From a virus (taxonomy: Duplodnaviria; Heunggongvirae; Uroviricota; Caudoviricetes), in IMG/VR virus record IMGVR_UViG_2541047733_000004: a stretch of DNA of 46,330 nucleotides. One strand, 5' to 3'. Below, piece by piece: positions 1 through 11,819 of this stretch. Below the pieces are notes generated by a model that made no database searches, had not been told where the DNA came from, and saw only the letters and a program-made list of their open reading frames with translations. The position numbers and the translations under genes were made by a program. The stretch's first letter is position 1; each line of letters begins with the position of its first letter.

Positions 1-1143
1 CTATGCTGTTTTGATATCTACGATAATCCAGTCTTTACCACGATCATCATTGTATCGGTCGGTCATTTTTCTGGATTTATGACCTAACAACTTTTGCGTA
101 TCCAGACCCTGTTCCCGATATAACCGTTCTGACAGAGATCGCTGCTCATGAAATGTGGGCGCAGTTCCTGGCTCCCATTTTATGCCACATTTTTCCCTGG
201 CCTTTTTAAAAGCCGTTGTAAGAGTATTTGCAGACACCTGGTCTCCTCTGTTTGCTTGAGAGGTAGTGTGACGGTAATGGACCAGATATTTACTAACAAC
301 AGCATCCCTGCACTGAGATATAACTTCACGAAGGGTAATATTCAGAGCATCGCATTTCAGGTTAAGCGGAATAGCAAGTTTTGAACCGGTTTTTTCCTGA
401 GTAATGTGCAACATGTCGTCCCAGATATCAGAGAATTTCAAATTGCAGATATCGCCTAAACGTTGTCCAGTGACAAGAGCAAGTAGCATCCCGCATTTTA
501 AATAGGGCTGCCGTCTGCTTACGCTGTCAAATATTGCCTGCCATTCGGGCAGTGATAATCTTTGGCGGTTTACTCGATTTCGCGGTTGTTTTGTTGCCTG
601 CGCTGGGTTAAATCCTGGCGGAACATGTCCTGCGTGTTGTGCTTCTTTGAAGACGTCGATCAACACCATTCTCACGACTTGCGCCATCCTGTTATGACCT
701 TCAGCCTTTACAGCATCAATTATTTCGGCAATATCAAGTGCGGTAATATCCTTGAGGTGTTGCATTCCACAATGCTCACGGAAAAGACGAATGGGTTTGC
801 CTTTTTGCCGATAGGAGTTGGGTCTTAGTTCATTATGTTGCAGCCTGTCCTCCTGGATAGAAATATATTTATCAAGCCATTCTGTCACCGTAATGTCTGA
901 GCGCCTGCCTTTCATTCTTTCTAGACGCTCATTGACGCTTAATATTTGTCGGGTACGTTGTTCAGCAATAATGGTATTTGCTTCAGTAGCAACTTGTTTT
1001 GCTTCATTCTCATCAGTTCCTAAGCTATGAAAACGACCGGATAGTGGATGTTTGTATTGCCAATATACCTTTCCGGTTCGCTTATCTAATTTGCAATATA
1101 AATTGGGTATAGAGATTTTGTGAGATCGGGGTCTAGCAGCCAT
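1..1143 (-). CDS. int: Phage integrase, tyrosine recombinase (lambda Int family, not lambda Int itself)
   Basis: 380-aa ORF; C-terminal region with tyrosine-recombinase-like motifs (FHEQRSLSERLY, LGHKSRKMTDRYNDDRG); overlapping xis immediately upstream, as in lambda. Confidence 0.9.
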   Translation of the reverse strand: MAARPRSHKISIPNLYCKLDKRTGKVYWQYKHPLSGRFHSLGTDENEAKQVATEANTIIAEQRTRQILSVNERLERMKGRRSDITVTEWLDKYISIQEDRLQHNELRPNSYRQKGKPIRLFREHCGMQHLKDITALDIAEIIDAVKAEGHNRMAQVVRMVLIDVFKEAQHAGHVPPGFNPAQATKQPRNRVNRQRLSLPEWQAIFDSVSRRQPYLKCGMLLALVTGQRLGDICNLKFSDIWDDMLHITQEKTGSKLAIPLNLKCDALNITLREVISQCRDAVVSKYLVHYRHTTSQANRGDQVSANTLTTAFKKAREKCGIKWEPGTAPTFHEQRSLSERLYREQGLDTQKLLGHKSRKMTDRYNDDRGKDWIIVDIKTA

Positions 1144-1369
1144 CAGCGATTATCCGTTGGAGTTTTGGGTTTGCGTTTATTGGGAGTTGCGGTTCTGCAA
1201 GCGTTCCTACAAAACGGGAATTTCGGTCAATCATCCAGTAGCGACCAACTTTTATAGCGGGTGGGGCCATCATTTTCCCTTGCGCGTATTTTTTCAGAAC
1301 TCGCTCACTTGGTGCTAAGTCCCCAAATTCTTCTTTAGCCCAGTCCTGTAAAGTGATTAGTCGAGACAT
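1133..1369 (-). CDS. xis: Excisionase
   Basis: 78-aa ORF overlapping int start; strong RBS (AGGAGGA) before the ATG; small basic protein in the canonical xis position. Confidence 0.7.
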   Translation of the reverse strand: MSRLITLQDWAKEEFGDLAPSERVLKKYAQGKMMAPPAIKVGRYWMIDRNSRFVGTLAEPQLPINANPKLQRIIADGC

Positions 1370-1508
1370 TTGTCCTCCTCTTAGCTGCTGAGGGAGTTTG
1401 TGACCGATATATCTGACATGATATTAAGCTCATGGCAGGTACATCTCTTGACTGGTCATAGAGATAAATTTAATGCTGAGAAATGCAGTATTGAATTTAT
1501 CAATTTTT

Positions 1509-1748
1509 CTATTTCCTGCGTATGGCACGTAACTTCTTAATGTGTTCTGCTGTTTCGATCTCTTCAGCTATCCGATCTGCGTCAGCTTTATTCACAGGTT
1601 CAAAGTCATGATTAAAGCGGAACATGCTGGCGATACATGTTCTGCCTTTTCGGATGTAGTGAACTTTGTTGTGAGTGGAACGCAGGATTTTGCAGGGAGT
1701 GCCGTGGTGGTCGACGTACCAGGTGTTAGGGTAAATCACTCTGAACAT
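1509..1748 (-). CDS. Hypothetical early-left (ea/b-region) protein
   Basis: 79-aa ORF on the pL-operon strand between xis and exo. Confidence 0.45.
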   Translation of the reverse strand: MFRVIYPNTWYVDHHGTPCKILRSTHNKVHYIRKGRTCIASMFRFNHDFEPVNKADADRIAEEIETAEHIKKLRAIRRK

Positions 1749-1773
1749 TCTTGACCTTGTGTTGTGCGGATTG

Positions 1774-2142
1774 TTATTCAGTGCCGATATTTACCTTTAT
1801 CGCGTATACCTTTACCGGTTTATCACCGAAGTGCGGATGTGTGATTGTCTTCACTTCATATCCGTCATACGGAACATCAACTCTGCGGCTGGAATCGTCG
1901 CGCTTCGGATATCCCTTTGTGATAATCAGGCGGTCATGCTTACGGTTAACGAGGCGCTTTTTCCAGTAGTCATTACACAGGCGATACTCTTCCGTTTTCT
2001 CTCCGCGAATCATGGCATCGAAGTATTCACCTTTAACGGCAAGTTGCAGGTTAGCCACGGTTAACTCCTTGCTGTGTGGCGTCGAGTAATAAATCCCACA
2101 ACCGCTGAGAGCAATTTCCGCATGTACAGCGTTGACCCACAA
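1774..2142 (-). CDS. Hypothetical protein; true start may be an internal GTG near 2058
   Basis: 122-aa ORF; a 92-nt overlap with the upstream gene suggests a later start (GGAG then GTG at about 2058). Confidence 0.4.
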   Translation of the reverse strand: MWVNAVHAEIALSGCGIYYSTPHSKELTVANLQLAVKGEYFDAMIRGEKTEEYRLCNDYWKKRLVNRKHDRLIITKGYPKRDDSSRRVDVPYDGYEVKTITHPHFGDKPVKVYAIKVNIGTE

Positions 2143-2791
2143 CGTTTATCGCGTTGCTGATTTCCGGCGTTACCTGTTTAGGAACCATAACCCAACCATC
2201 CGGAGTTACCGGAAGCGAGAACGGCAGCACATCTCTGTGAACAAGTTTTTGCTGTGACAGGTTATCCAGAACTTTCTGTACTGCTGCATCACCGAATACA
2301 CCAAGCGCATCTGCCATAACTCCTACAACCTGATAAGCCTCAGCGCATACCGTGGATAAACCATCCGGAATTACCGGAGAGTTGCCGGGTTCTTTAATGT
2401 GCAAGCGAGGCTCACCATCTTTTGGCTCAGGCCACTGGCGCTCCATGTTGATCTTCAATTTATCTTCCATAGCAACGGTAATTTCAGCATCGCTGATGCC
2501 AGCACGGCGCTGTGCATCCCACAACAGAAACTGCATATCAGCCCACTCGCTAAGATCGTCTGGTTCGGCTGCGGCTTCCAGTGCCTCTTTTGAGAGGTGT
2601 TTCAGTGGACCAATGGGGCCAACGCAGCCAAATGTGGAGTCAGACCATTTGGCATGCTCGTGGCGAATCTGTTCGCGTTCCAGTGATGCCAGTGCAATTC
2701 GTGCTAGTTCCATTTGTTCGCCACGAGTAAGCCCGTTTTCAAGCGGATTTTTAATGAACAATTCAATACGTTCTTTGGTAATAGTGGTCAT
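2051..2791 (-). CDS. Hypothetical protein, 246 aa
   Basis: Long ORF on the early-left strand, Cys-containing C-terminus (CTCGNC); function not recognisable from sequence. Confidence 0.55.
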   Translation of the reverse strand: MTTITKERIELFIKNPLENGLTRGEQMELARIALASLEREQIRHEHAKWSDSTFGCVGPIGPLKHLSKEALEAAAEPDDLSEWADMQFLLWDAQRRAGISDAEITVAMEDKLKINMERQWPEPKDGEPRLHIKEPGNSPVIPDGLSTVCAEAYQVVGVMADALGVFGDAAVQKVLDNLSQQKLVHRDVLPFSLPVTPDGWVMVPKQVTPEISNAINVVGQRCTCGNCSQRLWDLLLDATQQGVNRG

Positions 2792-2997
2792 GTGTTAATC
2801 CTCAAAACTTTATGCCCGGGCGCAAAAGTACGTGTTTTGTCTTTGCTTATTCGCCACCCGTCTTTACGGGCCTCTTTTGCACAACCAGACCATGACGTAC
2901 CGATATACTCACCGAAGTCTGGCACTGGATATACACCTTCCGTACACTGGCGACAATCACAATAGAGATGCATGGTGTAACTTGCGGCAATAGCCAT
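2788..2997 (-). CDS. Hypothetical small Cys-rich protein
   Basis: ORF 2788..3039; likely start at ATG 2997, arranged TGA-T-ATG with the stop of the upstream gene; CDCRQC motif. Confidence 0.4.
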   Translation of the reverse strand: MAIAASYTMHLYCDCRQCTEGVYPVPDFGEYIGTSWSGCAKEARKDGWRISKDKTRTFAPGHKVLRINT

Positions 2998-2998
2998 A

Positions 2999-3607
2999 TC
3001 ACTCTCTTTTTCCCTGAAGCATGGCAGCGTGGCAGGCATCCTCTACGCCCTTAACTGCATCTGCGCAGTAGTTATAGCGATTGCATTCCACTAACTTCTG
3101 CCTGAGATTTTCAATTGCTTGCGCGACATCAGCCTGTATTACAGGAACTGGCGGAACGGCTGTCTGCTGCTCTCGAACGTCATTAGTCGCTATCGGTTCT
3201 GCTGCCAACTGACTGGCATATTTGTTAATGGTAACGATAAGCTCTTGCTCAGCCTCATCCAGACAATCACCGATACCTCGCCTGTCGCCGTCAAAATCAT
3301 CGAAATCAGCACGAACTCTGGCAAATTTCAGGATTGCGGACAACACCTCACCAGGAATTACCGGAGAGTTGGTTGACGTTTCCGAAATTTCCCGAAAATT
3401 ATTGGTTGACGAATTCGCGTTTTCCCGAAAGTTTCCGGCATGAAGCATAGCCGCGCGGCAGGCGTTCCAGCCTCTCACCTCTGCAATAGCGGCAACAGCA
3501 TCGACCGCGTACATGCTAAGAGGGTTAGGCATTGGTTTTTCTTCAGGTACTACTGGCACTGGCTTGGCATATATAGCGGCTGAACATACCAACCCTTTGA
3601 TAACCAA
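2999..3607 (-). CDS. Hypothetical protein, 202 aa
   Basis: ORF on the early-left strand; start uncertain because it overlaps the upstream gene. Confidence 0.45.
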   Translation of the reverse strand: MVIKGLVCSAAIYAKPVPVVPEEKPMPNPLSMYAVDAVAAIAEVRGWNACRAAMLHAGNFRENANSSTNNFREISETSTNSPVIPGEVLSAILKFARVRADFDDFDGDRRGIGDCLDEAEQELIVTINKYASQLAAEPIATNDVREQQTAVPPVPVIQADVAQAIENLRQKLVECNRYNYCADAVKGVEDACHAAMLQGKRE

Positions 3608-3804
3608 CTGTCAGCAATGTTTTTACTCCTCGTTATTGCCGGAATACCTAAGCCATTGTCTGAATGCAGCCATGCCACCGGATTCTCTTCCAGCGATGCC
3701 AGAGCAATTTCATAAGCCCGGCGCTCAACATTGTCTCGCACATCCAAACTGCTGATACGCTCTTTGATTTCTTTAATCAGTTCTTTGTCGGTAAAAGTGC
3801 TCAT
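3550..3804 (-). CDS. Hypothetical protein, about 84 aa
   Basis: ORF 3550..3825; ATG at 3804 sits in a TGA-T-ATG arrangement with the Ea22-like gene stop. Confidence 0.4.
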   Translation of the reverse strand: MSTFTDKELIKEIKERISSLDVRDNVERRAYEIALASLEENPVAWLHSDNGLGIPAITRSKNIADSWLSKGWYVQPLYMPSQCQ

Positions 3805-3805
3805 A

Positions 3806-4570
3806 TCAATCTCCATTGGTATCAATGTTTACAGCCTGACAAGACTCTTTGAGCACCCAGTCAATAGCGTCTTTCCATGCCTCTGTTTCGACTGGTGGAT
3901 TTTCACGCTTAACCTGTTCATAGAAGCGCACTGCTTTAACCAGTCCTTCCGGTACTACTGGTGATGGCTGTTTAGCTTCTAAATCAGCAATTCTGTCAAC
4001 CACGGCATCGACAGCATCTGAAAAGCCGAACCAGTTGCTCCACTCCGGCTCATCCCCGGTTGCTGCAAAGTACATATCTGCTAAAGCAGATTCAGCATGG
4101 TCACGCTCGTTAATGAGTTGCTCTTCGCTTTTCTCCAGTTCAGCAATACGCTTACCCCCATCCGAGATAACACCTTCGTAATACTCACGCTGCTCGTTGA
4201 GTTTTGATTTTGTCTCCTCAAGCTCAACTCTCAGCTTCCCAACAGTAAGAGCAATATCCTCGTTCTCCTGGTCGCGGCGTTTTATGTATTGCTGGTTTCT
4301 TTCCCGTTCATCCAGCAGTGCCAGCACAGTAGCCGGATTGGCTGCGGCGATGAATTCAGCATTGGCCTGCTGTTCCATTTGGAAATCTTCATCGAAACCG
4401 CTTTCTGGATGCGCTCCTTCAATTCTGCAAATGGGAATATATCCAGCAACTTCACGATGAATTAGCGCATAATCACCATCAAATCGGCTCTCTCCATATT
4501 CGAGCGACCACTCACCACACGTTGCTTTTTCTGCCGCTTCACGCAGTGCCTGATAGTTAATTTCGCTCAC
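3806..4570 (-). CDS. Ead/Ea22-like protein
   Basis: 254-aa ORF with an acidic coiled-coil middle and conserved C-terminal region, resembling lambdoid Ea22-family proteins; position between exo and xis. Confidence 0.6.
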   Translation of the reverse strand: MSEINYQALREAAEKATCGEWSLEYGESRFDGDYALIHREVAGYIPICRIEGAHPESGFDEDFQMEQQANAEFIAAANPATVLALLDERERNQQYIKRRDQENEDIALTVGKLRVELEETKSKLNEQREYYEGVISDGGKRIAELEKSEEQLINERDHAESALADMYFAATGDEPEWSNWFGFSDAVDAVVDRIADLEAKQPSPVVPEGLVKAVRFYEQVKRENPPVETEAWKDAIDWVLKESCQAVNIDTNGD

Positions 4571-4788
4571 TTCGAACCTCTCTGTTTACTGATAAGCTCC
4601 AGATCCTCCTGGCAACTTGCACAAGTCCGACAACCCTGAACGACCAGGCGTCTTCGTTCATCTATGGGATCGCCACACTCACAACAATGAGTGGCGGATA
4701 TAGTCTGGTAGTTCAGACGACGCATTTTTATTGCTGTATTGCGCTGTAATTCTTCAATTTCTGATGCTGAATCAATGATGTCCGCCAT
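4567..4788 (-). CDS. TraR/DksA-family C4 zinc-finger protein
   Basis: 73 aa with CxxC-(17)-CxxC (CCECGDPIDERRRLVVQGCRTCASC), typical of phage TraR/DksA-like zinc-finger proteins. Confidence 0.7.
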   Translation of the reverse strand: MADIIDSASEIEELQRNTAIKMRRLNYQTISATHCCECGDPIDERRRLVVQGCRTCASCQEDLELISKQRGSK

Positions 4789-4886
4789 CTTTCATTAATC
4801 CCTGAATTGTTGGTTAATACGCTTGAGGGTGAATGCGAATAATAAAAAAGGAGCCTGTAGCTCCCTGATGATTTTGCTTTTCATGT

Positions 4887-5168
4887 TCACCGTTCCTTAA
4901 AGACGCCGTTTAACATGCCGATCGCCAGGCTTAAATGAGTCGGTGTGAATCCCATCAGCGTTACCGTTTCGCGGTGCTTCTTTAGTACGCTACGGCAAAT
5001 GTCATCGACGTTTTTATCCGGAAACTGCTGTCTGGCTTTTTTGATTTCAGAATTAGCCTGACGGGCAATGCTGCGAAGGGCGTTTTCTTGCTGAGGTGTC
5101 ACTGAACAAGCCCCATGTCGGCAAGCATAAGCACACAGAATATGAAGCCCGCTGCCAGAAAAATGCAT
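4887..5168 (-). CDS. Hypothetical protein
   Basis: 93-aa ORF on the early-left strand; start not verified. Confidence 0.35.
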   Translation of the reverse strand: MHFSGSGLHILCAYACRHGACSVTPQQENALRSIARQANSEIKKARQQFPDKNVDDICRSVLKKHRETVTLMGFTPTHLSLAIGMLNGVFKER

Positions 5169-5178
5169 TCAGTGGTTG

Positions 5179-5370
5179 TCATACCTGGTCTCTCTCATCT
5201 GCTTCTGCTTTCGCCACCATCATTTCCAGCTTTTGTGAAAGGGATGTGGCTAACGTATGAAATTCTTCGTCTGTTTCTACTGGTATTGGCACAAACCTGA
5301 CTCCAATTTGAGCAAGGCTATGTGCCATCTCAATACTCGTTCTTAACTCAACAGGAGATGCTTTGTGCAT
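5179..5370 (-). CDS. Lambda orf63-like protein
   Basis: 63-aa ORF (MHKASPVELRTSIEMAHSLAQIG...) resembling the small lambda protein just upstream of exo, as recalled. Confidence 0.6.
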   Translation of the reverse strand: MHKASPVELRTSIEMAHSLAQIGVRFVPIPVETDEEFHTLATSLSQKLEMMVAKAEADERDQV

Positions 5371-5521
5371 ACCGCCTCCCGTTTATTATTTATCTTCTCA
5401 GCCAGCCGCTGTGCTTTCAGTGGATTTCTGATAACAGAAAGGCCGGGAAATACCCAGCCTCGCTTTGTAACGGAGTAGACGAAAGTGATCGCGCCTACCC
5501 GGATATTATCGTGAGGATGCG

Positions 5522-6202
5522 TCATCGCCATTGCTCCCCAAATACAAAACTAATTTCAGCCAGTGCCTCGTCCATTTTTTCGATGAACTCCGGCACCATC
5601 TCGTCAAAACTCGCCATGTACTTTTCATCCCGCTCAACCACGACATAATGCAGTCCTTCACGCTTCATACGCGGGTCATAGTTGGCAAAGTACCAGGCAT
5701 CTTTTCGCGTCACCCACATGCTGTACTGCACCTGGGCCATGTAAGCCGATTTTATGGCCTCGAAACCACCGAGCCGGAACTTCATGAAATCCCGGGAGGT
5801 AAACGGGCATTTCAGCTCAAGGCCGTTGCCGTCACTGCATAAACCATCGGGAGAGCAGGCGGTGCGCATACTTTCGTCGCGATAGATGATCGGGGATTCA
5901 GTAACATTCACGCCGGAAGTAAACTCAAACAGGGCTCTGGCGTCGTTCTCGTACTGTTTTCCCCAAGCCAGCGCCTTAGCGTTAACTTCCGGAGCCACAC
6001 CGGTGCAAACCTCAGCAAGCAGGGTGTGGAAGTAGGACATTTTCATGTCAGGCCATTTCTTTCCGGAGCGGGGTTTTGCTATCACGTTGTGAACTTCTGA
6101 AGCGGTGATGACGCCGAGCCGTAATTTGTGCCATGCATCATCCCCCTGTTCGACAGCTCTCACGTCGATCCCGGTACGCTGCAGGATAATGTCCGGTGTC
6201 AT
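5522..6202 (-). CDS. exo: Lambda exonuclease (Red alpha)
   Basis: 226 aa, essentially identical to lambda Exo as recalled ([40 protein letters not shown]...). Confidence 0.95.
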   Translation of the reverse strand: MTPDIILQRTGIDVRAVEQGDDAWHKLRLGVITASEVHNVIAKPRSGKKWPDMKMSYFHTLLAEVCTGVAPEVNAKALAWGKQYENDARALFEFTSGVNVTESPIIYRDESMRTACSPDGLCSDGNGLELKCPFTSRDFMKFRLGGFEAIKSAYMAQVQYSMWVTRKDAWYFANYDPRMKREGLHYVVVERDEKYMASFDEMVPEFIEKMDEALAEISFVFGEQWR

Positions 6203-6396
6203 GCTGCCACCTTCTGCTCAGTGGCTTTCTGTTTCAGGAATCCAAGAGCTTTCACTGCTTCGGCCTGTGTCAGTTCTGACGATGCGCGAATGTCGCGGCG
6301 AAATATCTGGGAACAGAGCGGCAATAAGTCGTCATCCCATGTTTTATCCAGGGCGATCAGCAGAGTGTTAATCTCCTGCATGGTTTCATCGTTAAC
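6199..6396 (-). pseudogene. bet: bet (Red beta), 3' fragment, separated from the 5' part by an IS21 insertion
   Basis: Encodes the Bet C-terminal 64 aa (VNDETMQEINTLLIALDKTWDDDLL...KVAA); reading frame upstream runs into IS sequence. Confidence 0.9.
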
Positions 6397-6497
6397 TGTC
6401 AGCGCCAATGATATAAGACAGTAATTCACCATTTGGATTGTCCGCTCCACCCAACATGTTGTTTCCTTAAGGTTCCTACACCACAAAGGGAACACTC

Positions 6498-8464
<1,967 letters not shown>

Positions 8465-8521
8465 TGACCAATAGCGGACATTAAAAATGGCGAAAAACGG
8501 CCAATAATCTTGGCGTTGACA

Positions 8522-9113
8522 TAACCGGAGTGATGTCGCGTTCCGGCTGACGTTCTGCAGTGTATGCGGTATTTTCGACAATGCGCTCGGCTTCATCCTT
8601 GTCATAGATACCAGCAAATCCGAAGGCGAGACGGGCACACTGAATCATGGCTTTATGCCGTAACATCCGTTTGGGATGCGACTGCCACGGCCCCGTGATT
8701 TCTCTGCCTTCGCGGGTTTTGAATGGTTCGCGGCGGCATTCATCCATCCACTCGGTAACGCAGATCGGATGATTGCGGTCTTTGCGGTAAATCCGGCATG
8801 TACATGATTCATTGTCCTGCTCAAAGTCCATACCATCAAACTGCTGGTTTTCATTGATGATGCGGGACCAGCCATCAACGCCCACCACCGGAACAATGCC
8901 GTTCTGCTTATCAGGGAAGGCGTAAATTTCTTTCGTCCACGGATTAAGGCCGTACTGGTTGGCGACGATCAACAATGCGATGAACTGCGCATCGCTGGCA
9001 TCACCTTTAAATGCCGTCTGGCGAAGAGTGGTGATCAGTTCCTGTGGGTCGACAGAATCCATGCCGACACGTTCAGCCAGCTTCCCTGCCAGCGTTGCGA
9101 GTGCTGTACTCAT
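8522..9113 (-). pseudogene. bet: bet (Red beta), 5' fragment (N-terminal about 197 aa)
   Basis: MSTALATLAGKLAERVGMDSVDPQELITTLRQTAFKG... matches lambda Bet up to ...ERDITPV, then enters the IS. Confidence 0.9.
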
Positions 9114-9118
9114 CCGTT

Positions 9119-9415
9119 TTATACCTCTGAATCAATATCAGCCTGATGGTGAGCAATGGTTTCAACTATGTACCGGATGTGTTCTGCCATGCGCTCCTGA
9201 AACTCAACATCGTCATCAAACGCACGGGTAATGGCTTTTTTGCTGGCCCCGTGGCGTTGTAAATGATCGATGCATAGCGATTCAAACAGGTGCTGGGGCA
9301 GGCCTTTTTCCATGTCGTCTGCCAGTTCTGCCTCTTTCTCTTCACGGGCGATCTGCTGGTAGTGACGCGCCCAGCTCTGAGCCTCAAGACGATCCTGAAT
9401 GTAATAAGCGTTCAT
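9119..9415 (-). CDS. gam: Gam, host RecBCD inhibitor (98-aa short form)
   Basis: [38 protein letters not shown]... matches lambda GamS. Confidence 0.9.
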   Translation of the reverse strand: MNAYYIQDRLEAQSWARHYQQIAREEKEAELADDMEKGLPQHLFESLCIDHLQRHGASKKAITRAFDDDVEFQERMAEHIRYIVETIAHHQADIDSEV

Positions 9416-9490
9416 GGCTGAACTCCTGAAAATGGCTGTGAAAATATCGCCCGCGAAATGCCAGGCTGATTAGGAAAACAGGAAAGGGGG

Positions 9491-9634
9491 TTAGTGAATG
9501 CTTTTGCTTGATCTCAGTTTCAGTATTAATATCCATTTTTTATAAGCGTCGACGGCCTCACGAAACATCTTTTCATCGCCAATAAAAGTGGCGATAGTGA
9601 ATTTAGTCTGGATAGCCATAATTGTTTGATCCAT
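9491..9634 (-). CDS. kil: Kil, host killing / FtsZ inhibitor
   Basis: 47-aa reading frame [47 protein letters not shown], as in lambda Kil; lies inside the longer track ORF 9491..9760. Confidence 0.8.
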   Translation of the reverse strand: MDQTIMAIQTKFTIATFIGDEKMFREAVDAYKKWILILKLRSSKSIH

Positions 9635-9767
9635 TTTTTGGGACTCCTGGCTGATTAAGTATGTCGATAAGGCGTTTCCATCCGTCACGTAATTTACGGG
9701 TGATTCGTTCAAGTAAAGATTCGGAAGGGCAGCCAGCAACAGGCCACCCTGCAATGGCATATTGCAT
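9603..9767 (-). CDS. cIII: CIII, FtsH inhibitor that stabilises CII
   Basis: 54-aa frame MQYAIAGWPVAGCPSESLLERITRKLRDGWKRLIDILNQPG..., read by hand from the reverse strand; overlaps kil as in lambda. Confidence 0.85.
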   Translation of the reverse strand: MQYAIAGWPVAGCPSESLLERITRKLRDGWKRLIDILNQPGVPKNGSNNYGYPD

Positions 9768-9839
9768 GGTGTGCTCCTTATTTATACATAACGAAAAACG
9801 CCTCGAGTGAAGCGTAATTGGTATGCGGTAACGCCGCGC

Positions 9840-10208
9840 TCAGGCGGCCTTGATAGTCATATCATCTGAATCAAATATTCCTGATGTATCGATATCGGTA
9901 ATTCTTATTCCTTCACTACCATCCATTGGAGGCCATCCTTCCTGACCATTTCCATCATTCCAGTCGAACTCACACACAACACCATATGCATTTAAGTCGC
10001 TTGAAATTGCTATAAGCAGAGCATGTTGCGCCAGCATGATTAATACAGCATTTAATACAGAGCCGTGTTTATTGAGTCGGTATTCAGAGTCTGACCAGAA
10101 ATTATTAATCTGGTGAAGTTTTTCCTCTGTCATTACGTCATGGTCAATTTCAATTTCTATTGATGCTTTCCAGTCGTAATCAATGATGTATTTTTTGATG
10201 TTTGACAT
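9840..10208 (-). CDS. ea10: Ea10-like protein
   Basis: 122 aa, matches lambda Ea10 as recalled (MSNIKKYIIDYDWKASIEIEIDHDVMTEEK...). Confidence 0.85.
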   Translation of the reverse strand: MSNIKKYIIDYDWKASIEIEIDHDVMTEEKLHQINNFWSDSEYRLNKHGSVLNAVLIMLAQHALLIAISSDLNAYGVVCEFDWNDGNGQEGWPPMDGSEGIRITDIDTSGIFDSDDMTIKAA

Positions 10209-10390
10209 CTATTCATATCCTCATAGATAAAAAATCGCCCTCACACTGGAGGGCAAAGAAGATTTCCAATAATCAGAACAAGTCGGCTCCTGTTTAGTTA
10301 CGAGCGACATTGCTCCGTGTATTCACTCGTTGGAATGAATACACAGTGCAGTGTTTATTCTGTTATTTATGCCAAAAATAAAGGCCACTA

Positions 10391-10591
10391 TCAGGCAGCT
10401 TTGTTGTTCTGTTTACCAAGTTCTCTGGCAATCATTGCCGTCGTTCGTATTGCCCATTTATCGACATATTTCCCATCTTCCATTACAGGAAACATTTCTT
10501 CAGGCTTAACCATGCATTCCGATTGCAGCTTGCATCCATTGCATCGTTTGAATTGTCCACACCATTGATTTGTATCAATAGTCGTAGTCAT
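10391..10591 (-). CDS. ral: Ral, restriction alleviation protein
   Basis: 66 aa, MTTTIDTNQWCGQFKRCNGCKLQSECMVKPEEMF..., near-identical to lambda Ral. Confidence 0.9.
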   Translation of the reverse strand: MTTTIDTNQWCGQFKRCNGCKLQSECMVKPEEMFPVMEDGKYVDKWAIRTTAMIARELGKQNNKAA

Positions 10592-10650
10592 ACGGATAGT
10601 CCTGGTATTGTTCCATCACATCTTGAGGATGCTCTTCGAACTCTTCAAAT
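10575..10650 (-). CDS. Possible small acidic peptide (lambda orf28-like)
   Basis: Hand-translated MEEEFEEFEEHPQDVMEQYQDYPYDYDY upstream of ral; below the track length cutoff. Confidence 0.3.
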
Positions 10651-10804
10651 TCTTCTTCCATATATCACCTTAAATAGTGGATTGCGGTAGTAAAGATTGT
10701 GCCTGTCTTTTAACCACATCAGGCTCGGTGGTTCTCGTGTACCCCTACAACGAGAAATCGGATAAACTCTATTCACCCCTACAGAGAGCAAAAGAGAAAC
10801 GCCG

Positions 10805-11386
10805 ATGAACAACTCATGGTGGCAGGAACTAATGCATTTTTTCCTGCAAGGAATGACACTTAAACAGTTGATTCATATGCTAATCATCCTGATCATATTG
10901 ATTATTGTTATGCCGGTAAGCGTAAAAGAATGGATAAACCTGCATAGTCCAGAAATCCTTCCTCATTACTGGATGTATTACATCCTGTTGTTTTGCGTTA
11001 GCTATGTGCTTAACGGCGTTGTTAATTCCGCTTATCACGCTGTGACTGAAAGAATTGAGGTATTCGCTGCTCAGAAGCGCAAATCTAAAGAAGAAAAATA
11101 TGTGCAAGATTTGTTTGATTCGTTAACTCTTGGAGAAAGAGCGTATTTGGCATTCGCTGTAGCCGCTAATAACCAGCTACAAACGGAAAAGGGCGCTCAT
11201 GAATCAATTTCATTGCTCAAAAAAGGACTCCTCGTTCGAAGGCCTCCTGCTGTTGGATATCCTGATACCGACCGTTTCGTTATCCCTGAAAGCTATAGAC
11301 ATGAGTGCTACATTAGGTTTGCCGGGAAGGCAGACAGCCTTATGGATGAACTTATCGCTCAGGATAAGCATGGCAAAAACAAGTAA
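10805..11386 (+). CDS. sieB: SieB, superinfection exclusion protein B
   Basis: 193 aa, N-terminus MNNSWWQELMHFFLQGMTLKQLIHMLIILIILIIVMPV with a TM segment as in lambda SieB; opposite strand to the pL operon as in lambda. Confidence 0.8.
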   Translation: MNNSWWQELMHFFLQGMTLKQLIHMLIILIILIIVMPVSVKEWINLHSPEILPHYWMYYILLFCVSYVLNGVVNSAYHAVTERIEVFAAQKRKSKEEKYVQDLFDSLTLGERAYLAFAVAANNQLQTEKGAHESISLLKKGLLVRRPPAVGYPDTDRFVIPESYRHECYIRFAGKADSLMDELIAQDKHGKNK

Positions 11387-11402
11387 TTAGCAAATGAATT
11401 TA

Positions 11403-11675
11403 TCATCTCGCCGTCAGTTGTTTTGATTTCCGGTAGCCTGCCGCGTAAAGAGCTACGTTCGGAAGACAAGTTGAACCTTCATATTTTCTGGTCAACGTTG
11501 TCAGAGTTATCACTTCTGCTCTCATTGCTGGTTTGAGCTTGCATTGCAAGACCACTCGTGAAGGGGTTGGCCTGTGTAGCTTGTCGGAGCTGATCGCCTC
11601 CTGACTTTGCAGATTTGCGCGACGAGCTCTACGGCGAGAAGCTGCGGTGCCTTTAAATTCTGTTTTTCTGGACAT
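11403..11675 (-). CDS. N: N-type transcription antiterminator (P22 gp24-like)
   Basis: C-terminus ...VALYAAGYRKSKQLTAR resembles P22 gene 24 protein; arginine-rich N-terminal motif (GTAASRRRARRA); GGGAGG RBS before ATG at 11675; first gene downstream of nutL. Confidence 0.75.
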   Translation of the reverse strand: MSRKTEFKGTAASRRRARRANLQSQEAISSDKLHRPTPSRVVLQCKLKPAMRAEVITLTTLTRKYEGSTCLPNVALYAAGYRKSKQLTAR

Positions 11676-11773
11676 GGATTCCTCCCGAATAAACTTTGGC
11701 GATGCAATCTCGAAGCTCCTCCTGAGACGGTTGCTTCGGCATTGCATCCCACAGCTTATGTGGTTGGGTGATC

Positions 11774-11819
11774 TGGCTTTTCAGCCACGTAGTCGAGAGT
11801 CGACGTTGTTTAAAGAGCC
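11774..11819 (-). promoter_or_regulatory. nutL (boxA GCTCTTTAAACAA, boxB hairpin TGGCTGAAAAGCCA)
   Basis: boxA-like sequence and a GAAAA-loop boxB hairpin read on the minus strand; same architecture and same CTACG spacer end as the nutR candidate. Confidence 0.6.

Noticed and set aside
148-1030. Plus-strand ORFs (78, 88 and 70 aa) opposite int
   Set aside because: Antisense to the integrase gene; Cys/Ser-rich nonsense-like translations.
9635-9760. Upstream part of track ORF 9491..9760 (MPLQGG...)
   Set aside because: This is an alternative frame of cIII fused to kil; cIII (9603..9767) and kil (9491..9634) read in their known frames explain the region.
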